Shown: piece after piece, positions 7,801 through 14,864 of the stretch
Layout: every line of letters begins with the position of its first letter
Position numbering within the stretch: position 1 is the first letter of the stretch
Assembly: GCA_018691345.1 (NCBI GenBank)
Contig: JABGTJ010000016.1
Coordinates: 125-64,124 of the forward strand
Reading direction: 5' to 3'
Source of the DNA: Methanobacteriota archaeon
Lineage (GTDB): Archaea > Thermoplasmatota > Poseidoniia > Poseidoniales > Poseidoniaceae
DNA length: 64,000 bases
Notes under the pieces: generated by a model
Databases searched by the model: none
Told to the model about the DNA's origin: nothing
The model's input: only the letters and a program-made list of their open reading frames with translations
Made by a program: the position numbers and the translations under genes

Positions 7801-9802
7801 CTGCAGTTCCACCAATCGTAGAAACTCCAGCCAAGAAATCGTTCCCAAGCCGTTCATTTCCAGACGGGTCAACCAAGACAAGGTCAAGGTTGTTGACCAA
7901 ACGTGGAGAGGATTGGGCAGCGTTCGCACTTCCCTCAAGGTCCGTCCAGGCAAGTGTAATGTCAACGCCATGTATCGGGTCGAGGTCAAACGAATACAGT
8001 AAACCAAAACCAGCATTTACCTCTTTATTGTTATCGAAGAAGGTATCCAGTGCTAACGTACCGTCCATTGGTAGAACTGTTCGTTCCAAATCGATTTGCC
8101 CCCAACCTTCCTCTGCATTCGGTATATCAGGCGTGCCTAAGTCCGTCGCACCGTTGATAATTGCGGCTTTGATGAGCGATGCCGAGGGTGTGTTGATGTT
8201 GATTTGCTCGCGCAAGAACTCACGAACAAGGGCGGTTGTTCCTCCAGCAATTGCTGTAGCATGTGAGGACCCTGAAAGAGTCATGTAGAGATTTGTCGTA
8301 CCATCTGCGTGAAGGCCAGTGGCGCAAGAAAAGCCACTGGGAGACTTTGCTTCCTCGGCCAATCCCGAACAAATATCGATTCCTGGGGCGACGAGGTCTG
8401 GTTTTATGCGGCCGTCGAGACTCGGCCCTTGGCTCGAAATGTTGGCAACTGATCCGGACAAGGAGCCTGTTTGTGAAGTTCCAACTGAAAGTACGTTCTT
8501 ACCGGTCGATGGTGCGGCTACTTGAGATGCGCCACTCGAACCACGGTCGCCGGCAGAAAACAATGGAAGGACTGTGTCCTTTTGGTTGACCAGTAGGTCA
8601 ACAGAGCGTGAATCAGCAGTGTAGTGGCCGTAATTACCGTTTGAGCCCCAAGCGTTTACCGAAATACGGGCCGTACGTTGTTCAGCATCGTTGAGCATGT
8701 CATAGATGGAGCCGAGCCGGCCAAAGACTCCTGTTGGGTCGTGTTCCAAAGCGTACATGACGAGATTGGCAGCAGGAGCAATTCCTTCAGCAGATGCGTC
8801 GCCAGTTCCGTCCCCAAGTACCGACAAAGCCACGTGCGTTCCATGGCCTGTGTTCGAATCAATAGGCGATGGGTCAAGACCGAAGTTCGTATACACTCCT
8901 GCAACCCGGCCGACGATATCAGGGTGGTCGCGGTCGATTCCTGTATCGGCGATAGCGATGGTTTCACCAGAGCCATCGAGGGTAAAGGATGCATTTGCAG
9001 AAACATCATCAAGACCGACAATTCCACCAGCAAGTGCGTTGTGGAGCGTCAAACCATAAGTTGGTTCTGTCCAAATGATTCGTCCATCGTGCATGATGTT
9101 GTTGAGAAGAGTCGACTGGAGGCTTGAAGCAAAATGCACTTCACACAACCCCACGCCACACCAAGCTTCATCAGCACCCATTTTCAGTAAGTCAAGGCTC
9201 AAGGCTTCAAGACCGCCAAGTGCTAAATCTGACGATGGAACAAGTGCAAGATGGGTGTGTTCTGTGATCGAAAGAAGTTCGCTATGCATTCTCCAACCGG
9301 GGTGTTGTGCTCCTGCCCAGCGAACGCGTTCATCGGATTGTAGCGATTCAAGCGTATTCATTGGTGGATGAGGTAGTCGAACAAGCCATCCTTCATCAGC
9401 GACGAAATCAAGAGCAGTTAGACCGTAGGTCTTTGAAAGAGAATCAAGGACTGCTCCGTTGTGTTCATGCAATTGGACCAGTGCTAACCCTGTTTGTGCA
9501 GGGTCGTTGAGGTCGATGAAGAATTTGTCAAGAGTCGGTCCTTCGGAAATCAAAGGGTCGAATTCGCCTGATTGAAGGCGAAGAACACCACTTGCATCTT
9601 GGATATCTGTTGAGAAAACACTCGAAGATTCGAGCGGTGACCAAAGTTGACGAGCTACCTCCATTCGTTCTGCTTCGGAAAGCAACTGGTCGTCCGCTTC
9701 AGACAGCGTAACATTCGAGGAAGTGCTCTCCAACAACAATGGACTGAGCGAAGTGAACAGAAGCAACAAGAGCATGAGCAATGGTTGTCGCATGGCCTTC
9801 AT
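4832..9802 (-). CDS. Giant membrane-anchored subtilisin-like (S8) serine protease with CARDB/COG1470-like repeats and a long cytoplasmic tail
   Basis: 1656 aa with a Sec-type signal peptide (MKAMRQPLLMLLLLLFTSLS). The S8 triad contexts are IAIADTGID, GHGTHVA and LSGSSHATAIAGG. There are many [VI]xNxGNxP-type Ig-like repeats (FTVINTGNTPLTL, IIIRNDGNVPITG, LTIENTGNKAIDL, ISVMNIGNTPAQY). A C-terminal TM helix is followed by a 162-aa tail. Confidence 0.85.
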   Translation of the reverse strand: MKAMRQPLLMLLLLLFTSLSPLLLESTSSNVTLSEADDQLLSEAERMEVARQLWSPLESSSVFSTDIQDASGVLRLQSGEFDPLISEGPTLDKFFIDLNDPAQTGLALVQLHEHNGAVLDSLSKTYGLTALDFVADEGWLVRLPHPPMNTLESLQSDERVRWAGAQHPGWRMHSELLSITEHTHLALVPSSDLALGGLEALSLDLLKMGADEAWCGVGLCEVHFASSLQSTLLNNIMHDGRIIWTEPTYGLTLHNALAGGIVGLDDVSANASFTLDGSGETIAIADTGIDRDHPDIVGRVAGVYTNFGLDPSPIDSNTGHGTHVALSVLGDGTGDASAEGIAPAANLVMYALEHDPTGVFGRLGSIYDMLNDAEQRTARISVNAWGSNGNYGHYTADSRSVDLLVNQKDTVLPLFSAGDRGSSGASQVAAPSTGKNVLSVGTSQTGSLSGSVANISSQGPSLDGRIKPDLVAPGIDICSGLAEEAKSPSGFSCATGLHADGTTNLYMTLSGSSHATAIAGGTTALVREFLREQININTPSASLIKAAIINGATDLGTPDIPNAEEGWGQIDLERTVLPMDGTLALDTFFDNNKEVNAGFGLLYSFDLDPIHGVDITLAWTDLEGSANAAQSSPRLVNNLDLVLVDPSGNERLGNDFLAGVSTIGGTADAVNNVERIKVEPGVLTTSGQWQIKVLHSGGLAQRFSLVVVADATPNPQSDLATFDGSIVPSSPEPLKNDLITLQLGWINQGTLSSGSFHVILEDLTTGQVLFDADRPGLDSGKIDSFLLQHQFTTTGTHSMRLSIDTLNQVSEMNDAVSGVDNNIWEQDIEVTALGVRVVALDDAGVAPTSPEDRALSAVHTFDVLNASSIQIPIHILHEGTGQQAVTLSVTNVQKPQPGRPDFLLAPEDSWSKSVSEIGPYIVQGQGEIDDYKLLNVTLVNNFVDLSNSESPRYARAGTFVVDITARYQSQPTVSHTQRVTIIVPQVTDVNIGAAGISGLSAAPGESTGFSISVMNIGNTPAQYSVSCESQNRWQIQLGNSNSSTLEFEPLNIKESLPMLIQIWVPPVSNGVPEAGSTDTVTCHLNSATDPTLNFTQSVDVLVLAQESFVSDLYDDLGPIGPSSSNRNIMVDTAQQVSLNLTIENTGNKAIDLDVKIQPSNPLWPIEVSYMTQVNSRQVSLTLLGGEVATVNFIIGVPPVAEEGEANNFDIRTERTPQSFVSNATVLKVRDDLSMDLFGPESGVIETVISSDFSFGEFTVINTGNTPLTLNWTKGLPADGWIVGYANPSTYIEPREERVVRLGFIPPSNTLPTQKAFELVATVTGFSNGRSVQTSVTVDIAVLESTFANLTVEDTTVAPFSSVSRGETVMQNIIIRNDGNVPITGDIITEVLDQEGNISSVWTLSCSPSSLENLGVGDELTVMLELTPGDDAEKGLLFSTITLSTDGTTIGTLSIETTVESATGAKGLLGGLPLYVSAPLVVVALLAAIVVALRVKKGGELTDAGEELVAPDAFVNPDHLGTRRSDALDIGLAVDELSSGEVSSDEIAAALAQSLDMPTQAKQGIPPMGLPPAGLPPRGMPLPMPMGMPPAGMPPKVMPHLPLPVPSQALPTPTPAPVPAPMVPAPVAGPPLPASGLPIGWSMEQWQHYGQQWLDQQ
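4835..4900 (-). other. C-terminal Trp-rich tail motif GLPIGWSMEQWQHYGQQWLDQQ
   Basis: About 50% identical, and nearly all conservative, to the terminus of the 35442-40856 protein (GLPEGWTLDQWNHFGWQYVESMKK). Confidence 0.7.
5019..5107 (-). repeat. 54-nt-spaced duplication encoding MG[LM]PPAG[LM]PP[RK] within the Pro-rich tail
   Basis: ttggaggcattcctgctggtggcatacccattgg and ttggaggcaatcctgctggcggcaagcccattgg are near-identical copies 54 nt apart. Confidence 0.6.
8183..8980 (-). other. S8 catalytic domain of the giant protease (approximate bounds)
   Basis: By my residue count the triad is Asp ~286, His ~320 and Ser ~513. The oxyanion Asn context is VNAWGS. Confidence 0.7.
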
Positions 9803-9840
9803 GTGCTGTCGAAATCAATTACCCTTTTCAACACGCGCCT

Positions 9841-9865
9841 TGAATGTGCCCCGAAGGGGCATTCA
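9841..9865 (-). terminator. GC-rich hairpin between the gap stop and the protease start (possible terminator or attenuator)
   Basis: tgaatgtgcccc-gaa-ggggcattca forms 5+5 bp with a 2-nt bulge. No clear oligo-T tract follows on the minus strand, so the call is weak. Confidence 0.3.
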
Positions 9866-9867
9866 GT

Positions 9868-10905
9868 TCACAGGTTATTGTACTTAGAAATGGCTGAATC
9901 GGTTTTAGCCACCGATGCCATCCAGTCCTCTTCTACGCCCATCAGTGCACGGATTGCATCGACGTTTTCAGGAATGACATCGGATTCTTGGTGAATCGCT
10001 TGGAAATAATAAAGGGTGTTGCCTTCAAGTTTTACTCCATCTTCCCAAATGAAGATTTCATGCAAATCGCCCCACTTTCTACCTATATCGCGGGCAAATT
10101 CCATGACCTCTGCAGTTGTTGTTATTCCTGTTTCTGAACCGTTCATGATGACCAAACGAGGACGGTTTGACCACATCTCAAGAACCGATTCGGTTGTTAG
10201 TCCGTGGCCTTCAGGAAGGGTTGCTGTGACCACGTGGACGTGCATAATGGTAGTTGGAACTGCAACTGCCATGGAATTAATCTGAATTTCTGGCTTTACC
10301 GTCATGACATCTGGCCCGTGATGTGAGGGCACCTTGAGAACAGGTTTGATGGCGTTAATTGGCCCCTTACTCGAGTCACCAGGGTCGGCTGCACGGCGAA
10401 TCATGGTGCATTCTACTCTCAGTTCCCCACAGTGCTCGTACAAAGGAACTAGAGTTCGAGAAAGACCAGTCGTGTTGCACGAGACTACACGAGTACCTTC
10501 AACGTTCAAGTTTTCCTTGTGGTTTGCAGATGATGTGTACGACATCTCCGTCATCGCATGCTTTTCTCCGCCTTGAAAAATCCATTTGATTCCTGCGTTT
10601 TGGTACGTTTCTTTGTTGGAAGCACCAACTTTGCCAGGCGAACAATCGATCACGATGTCTGCGATTTTGAGGAGATCAGATAGGCCACCATGGCACGAAT
10701 AGCCCGCAGTAGCAAATGCTGCAATACGGTCCTTATCATCGAACGTACAGTAGATTGGGTAACCCTTGCGAACGGCCAAGTCACAGCCAAAAGCCGGACG
10801 GGTCTTCGTCACACCAACAATTTCCATGTCATCTTGGGCGTCGACTGCGTCCGCAACCCGCTTCCCAATAGTTCCGTATCCATTGATTGCCACCTTGATG
10901 GTCAT
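9868..10905 (-). CDS. gap: Type II (archaeal) glyceraldehyde-3-phosphate dehydrogenase
   Basis: MTIKVAINGYGTIGKRVADAV Rossmann N-terminus and catalytic SCNTTGL. Start set at the internal ATG (M30 of the ORF), giving about 345 aa as in archaeal GAPDH. Confidence 0.9.
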   Translation of the reverse strand: MTIKVAINGYGTIGKRVADAVDAQDDMEIVGVTKTRPAFGCDLAVRKGYPIYCTFDDKDRIAAFATAGYSCHGGLSDLLKIADIVIDCSPGKVGASNKETYQNAGIKWIFQGGEKHAMTEMSYTSSANHKENLNVEGTRVVSCNTTGLSRTLVPLYEHCGELRVECTMIRRAADPGDSSKGPINAIKPVLKVPSHHGPDVMTVKPEIQINSMAVAVPTTIMHVHVVTATLPEGHGLTTESVLEMWSNRPRLVIMNGSETGITTTAEVMEFARDIGRKWGDLHEIFIWEDGVKLEGNTLYYFQAIHQESDVIPENVDAIRALMGVEEDWMASVAKTDSAISKYNNL

Positions 10906-11027
10906 TGCACTCAATATACCTGCCTTTGAAGACCCTCTATTAACACATCGTCGAAACGGCTCGAAATGTGAAGCCGAAAAAACAGTGTTCAAACGGAACG
11001 AAATGAAGCCAAGTTACGGGAGGCTAT

Positions 11028-12635
11028 TTGGATATGAAGCAACAGCCGAACAACATGGCCGAACCAAGAGAGGTTGTTGAGCGCTCCTTCAACATCAATA
11101 AGAAACTTGGACCGAGACTCTTGGCAGCAGCAGAACAAAACGCAATACTGCGTATTGGATGGACCAATGCAGGCGAACCGGTGCCAAAGAACGGTGAACT
11201 TGGACTGTGCCCAAACCTTCCAGCAGGCTCACGAATGAGAGCGCTTGGTGTACTCGGCTCATGGATTGCTGCTTTTGGCAGCGGTGGAAACTTCACGATA
11301 CAAGGTGACGCTGGCTCGTTTTTAGGCGCAGGTAACCGTGGCAACACAATCGTTTGTGAACAACTCGCAGGCAATTTTGCAGGGTATGCCATGAGAAGCG
11401 GCCGAATCAGCATCATGGACGGTGTTGGAACCGATGCTGGCGCGATGATGAACGGTGGTTTACTGCTTGTTCGAGGTCCAGCAGGTTCACGTATCGGCGG
11501 AGGAATGAAAGACGGACTTATCGTAATTCATGGTGATGTTGGAAGCGACCCAGGTGCTGGGATGACCGGTGGTCGTATCGTTATCAACGGACGATGTCCT
11601 ACTCCACCAGCAGGTGTTGCTCTGCGACCCCTCACAGCAGCGGAAGTTAAGTCCATCAATAAAGAACTCAATGACCCAGAGATGGACGTTCCGAAGGATG
11701 CAGTGTGCCTGGTACATTCACCGCTCTTACAAGTCGAAGCGCCTGAACCTCCGGTATCGAGTTCTGATTTGTCAAGCATCGGCTTGGTTGCAGGTGACTT
11801 GCACCACACTGTGCCCTACCAAACATGTGACACCGTCACCCTGCTGGCTGAACGCGGCGGAGAAAATGCGCCCATTGCCTTACCACTTCCACTTTTGCCA
11901 ATCGTCACCAATGGTGAATCGCTCAAACTTGGCAAAAACAGTGACCCCTTGGAAGTTCAAATTTTATCTCAGCAACCATTCATCACGCATACAAATCCGA
12001 GACCCATCGATATCGTTCTTCTCGACTCGTCAAATTTAGCAGATGCGCCTGAATCTTTGAAAGATTCGAACGGAGTAATGGTGGATATCGATGATTTACC
12101 AACCATGAACTCAGAAGAAATTGATGGATTCATCGTCGCCGTGAGAACTCTTATTGGCATGGACAAAACCATTGCGTTCCTGAATGCAGTAGGTCGCGTC
12201 GAATCGCTCCACGTTCGCTCAGCACATCACGGATTAGATCTCGCAGTCAGCCGAATGGAGGATGGCTCTGGTGTTGCTGAAGCTGCAGCTCTTCCAATGA
12301 TTGGAAGATCGACTAAAAGCCATCTTGCAGGAACACCCACTCAGACAGGCATGCTGCTCGGGCTTTCAGCGAGCGGAACAGACTTAGCAGTACTGCGTGC
12401 GTCAGGAATTGATGTCATCTGCTGTGAAGTTCCGATGCAAGACGCCCAAGATTTAGCACACTGGCTCCAAAGCCTCACCAATGAACTTACATCCATACTT
12501 AAGCGACTAGGGCTTGATTCGATTGACCAACTCAAGCGTCAGCATTTGAGAGCGCTTGATTACGAAACCGCTGCCATCAGCGGCCTTCGACTGGTTGGAT
12601 ACGACCGCCCACTACCGCACTGGTTTTCACGTTGA
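11028..12635 (+). CDS. GXGXG-motif beta-helix domain protein (GltB domain-3 / FwdC-like) fused to an unrecognised ~290-aa C-terminal region
   Basis: The N-terminal ~200 aa carry repeated G-x-G-x-G turns: GSGGNFTIQGDAGSFLGAGNRGNTIV, GYAMRSGRISIMDGVGTDAG, GGLLLVRGPAGSRIGGGMKDGLIVIHGDVGSDPGAGMTGGRIVING. Confidence 0.65.
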   Translation: MDMKQQPNNMAEPREVVERSFNINKKLGPRLLAAAEQNAILRIGWTNAGEPVPKNGELGLCPNLPAGSRMRALGVLGSWIAAFGSGGNFTIQGDAGSFLGAGNRGNTIVCEQLAGNFAGYAMRSGRISIMDGVGTDAGAMMNGGLLLVRGPAGSRIGGGMKDGLIVIHGDVGSDPGAGMTGGRIVINGRCPTPPAGVALRPLTAAEVKSINKELNDPEMDVPKDAVCLVHSPLLQVEAPEPPVSSSDLSSIGLVAGDLHHTVPYQTCDTVTLLAERGGENAPIALPLPLLPIVTNGESLKLGKNSDPLEVQILSQQPFITHTNPRPIDIVLLDSSNLADAPESLKDSNGVMVDIDDLPTMNSEEIDGFIVAVRTLIGMDKTIAFLNAVGRVESLHVRSAHHGLDLAVSRMEDGSGVAEAAALPMIGRSTKSHLAGTPTQTGMLLGLSASGTDLAVLRASGIDVICCEVPMQDAQDLAHWLQSLTNELTSILKRLGLDSIDQLKRQHLRALDYETAAISGLRLVGYDRPLPHWFSR

Positions 12636-12644
12636 GTTGATACA

Positions 12645-14393
12645 ATGCCAACAATTTCAGTAGAACAAAAACTCTTGCGCTCGCTGCTTGAAAAGCATGG
12701 GTTGGTGCATGACATCCCAAAGATGGATGACCAGTTACCACTTCTTGGCACAGATATAGACACCTGTGACGAGAATGTTCTCGACATTGAAATTTTCCCG
12801 GACCGGCCTGACCTTTTGTCAGGAGAAACGCTCGCTAAAGCCATCCGACCGTTCCTGCACGGTGCGCCGAGTGAGCCAAGCATGGAAGTTTCCAAAGGCT
12901 TGGTAAAAATGACTGTGGAGCCCGAATTGGAGCATGTTCGACCCGTGGTCGTCGGTGCAGTTGTACGTGGCATCAATATTTCAGGTGATGCTGAAGAGAA
13001 AGACGCGTTCATTAAGACGCTCATGGATCATCAAGAAAAGTTACACTTCGCACTAGGGCGTGGTCGCCGTAGAGCGTCCATTGGAGTCCATGATCTATCG
13101 ACGATATCTCCTCCGTTTAAGGTACAAGCCGTTGCTGCAGATACTCGATTCTGCCCTCTTGGCATGGAAGAAGAAATGTCACTCGAAGAGATTTTGAAAT
13201 CTCATCCCAAGGGCGTAGAGTACGCCCACTTGCTTGAAGGAATGAGTTTGTATCCCATTATTACAGATTCAGAACATCAAGTTCTCTCCTTCCCTCCGAT
13301 TATCAACGGTGTTCAAACAACCGTCACCCATTCAACAACCGACTTTTTCATCGAAGTAACGGGGTGGGACCGTAGAGCCTGCGAATCGAGCATGATGCTC
13401 ATCGCCCTACAACTGGCTGAACGAGGAGGAACGATTGAGTCGATTGAAGTGAACGGTTTCAACGGTCGTTCTGAGAGCCTACCTCGTCCTGAACCGATAC
13501 ACCATGAAGTAACTCAACGACTGCTTGATGGTTTACTTGGCCGCAGTTTGACCGATGAAGAGATCGGTACAGCCACAAACAGGATGGGCGGCCAATTTCT
13601 CGGCAGAAAACCTGCCGAGGTTTTCACAGACTACCCGGACAACAGGATGTCGGACGTCATTCCAGGAGATACGATTCTTACCTTCGCCATGCCACGGTGG
13701 AGATTCGACATCCTGCATCCAATCGATTTGGTCGAAGATGTCGCTATCGGTCACGGTTACGAAGACCTCGGACATGATGTACCCAAAGCTCCGATGACCG
13801 CCATACCACGTCCTGATTCACAAATTCGAAGGCGTATACGAGAATCGTTACAAGGACTTGGCCTGATGCAAATACAATCGCTCACACTCTCGAACGATTT
13901 CGACCAGTTTGAGGCTATGCGATGGCCTGCAATGGGTGATGTGACACGAATTACAAACCCGATCACCATTGAACACACTCTGCTTCGGCAATATTTGCTT
14001 CCCGGATTGTTTCGCTTGATGGCTTCAAACAGGCATCACGACCTTCCTCAAGCCGTCTATGAATTGGGCACAGTCGTACGAAACCACACAAACGGTGACC
14101 GATTCGCATTCCTCGTAGCAGAACAAGGTGGCGGATTTGCTGCAGTACGTGGACGTATTCAAGCCCTCATGAGAGACTTAGGTGCTGCGGAATATTCCAT
14201 TGAACCCCTTGGTGGAGATATGGGACCTTGGCTTGCTGGACGATGTGCAAAAGTGATTGTGAACGGCGAACATGTTGGCTGCTTTGGCGAAATGGATCCC
14301 GCCGTCAGCTCACAATACGAACTTAAAGTTCCACTCAACGGAGCAGAATTTGATATTCAAGCACTGCAATCGGTTCTTCCCGACCCGGTTTAA
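12645..14393 (+). CDS. pheT: Phenylalanine--tRNA ligase beta subunit (archaeal type)
   Basis: 582 aa with the MPTISV N-terminus typical of archaeal PheT. B3_4/B5-like middle region (HFALGRGRRRASIGVHD) and a C-terminal catalytic-like fold. Confidence 0.9.
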   Translation: MPTISVEQKLLRSLLEKHGLVHDIPKMDDQLPLLGTDIDTCDENVLDIEIFPDRPDLLSGETLAKAIRPFLHGAPSEPSMEVSKGLVKMTVEPELEHVRPVVVGAVVRGINISGDAEEKDAFIKTLMDHQEKLHFALGRGRRRASIGVHDLSTISPPFKVQAVAADTRFCPLGMEEEMSLEEILKSHPKGVEYAHLLEGMSLYPIITDSEHQVLSFPPIINGVQTTVTHSTTDFFIEVTGWDRRACESSMMLIALQLAERGGTIESIEVNGFNGRSESLPRPEPIHHEVTQRLLDGLLGRSLTDEEIGTATNRMGGQFLGRKPAEVFTDYPDNRMSDVIPGDTILTFAMPRWRFDILHPIDLVEDVAIGHGYEDLGHDVPKAPMTAIPRPDSQIRRRIRESLQGLGLMQIQSLTLSNDFDQFEAMRWPAMGDVTRITNPITIEHTLLRQYLLPGLFRLMASNRHHDLPQAVYELGTVVRNHTNGDRFAFLVAEQGGGFAAVRGRIQALMRDLGAAEYSIEPLGGDMGPWLAGRCAKVIVNGEHVGCFGEMDPAVSSQYELKVPLNGAEFDIQALQSVLPDPV

Positions 14394-14770
14394 GATTGGT
14401 AAGGAACGTAGGTTCCATCGTTGTTCTTTTTGTGAGGGATTGGATCAAATGAACCGTCGCTCTTTTTCTTGTAGTGGTATCCATCCGTGTGATGAACCCA
14501 TGTGAAGTTCTCTTGTGTCGTTGGTTTTCGTGTACTTGAGTCAACGATTCCTTCGTAAAACTGGGATTGCTCTTCAGCGCGTTTGATGGTCGTATCTCCG
14601 TTTCCAAAGAGAGATACTGCAGCCATGTAGTCATCCGACTTTCGATGGGATGAATCCGCAAGAGTTTCCTCGGCAGACCCCGAGTCCTTCCGATATACAA
14701 TCGCTTGAGGTTCTGGCTCGTCCAGTTGCAGAGGTTGCTTCTTTTTACCAAAGGGCCAGAAAGGAGGCAT
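14390..14770 (-). CDS. Small hypothetical protein with a WW-like C-terminal segment
   Basis: Trimmed to the internal ATG (MPPFWPFGKKK) so it does not overlap the divergent gene at 14865. The C-terminus is FTWVHHTDGYHYKKKSDGSFDPIPHKKNNDGTYVPYQS. Confidence 0.4.
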   Translation of the reverse strand: MPPFWPFGKKKQPLQLDEPEPQAIVYRKDSGSAEETLADSSHRKSDDYMAAVSLFGNGDTTIKRAEEQSQFYEGIVDSSTRKPTTQENFTWVHHTDGYHYKKKSDGSFDPIPHKKNNDGTYVPYQS

Positions 14771-14864
14771 ACCACTACGACGGACTCCTGCTTGATGAAG
14801 ACTGCGAAGGACACATGATGCAGGAATTGGGTGAACTTCAAAGGGTGAATGGCTTGGACAGACT

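Noticed and set aside
5409-8288. Numerous 60-170-aa plus-strand ORFs inside the giant protease gene (for example 5409-5810 and 7773-8288), with similar antisense ORFs inside the other giants (for example 43652-44164 and 38374-38760).
   Set aside because: They lie entirely antisense to, or out of frame within, long ORFs with clear domain content. Their products are low-complexity Ser/Pro/Arg-rich shadows with no motifs.
11028-12635. Calling this ORF glutamate synthase.
   Set aside because: Only the GXGXG domain is recognisable. The amidotransferase, FMN and Fe-S parts and gltD are not in the window, so the annotation stays at domain level.
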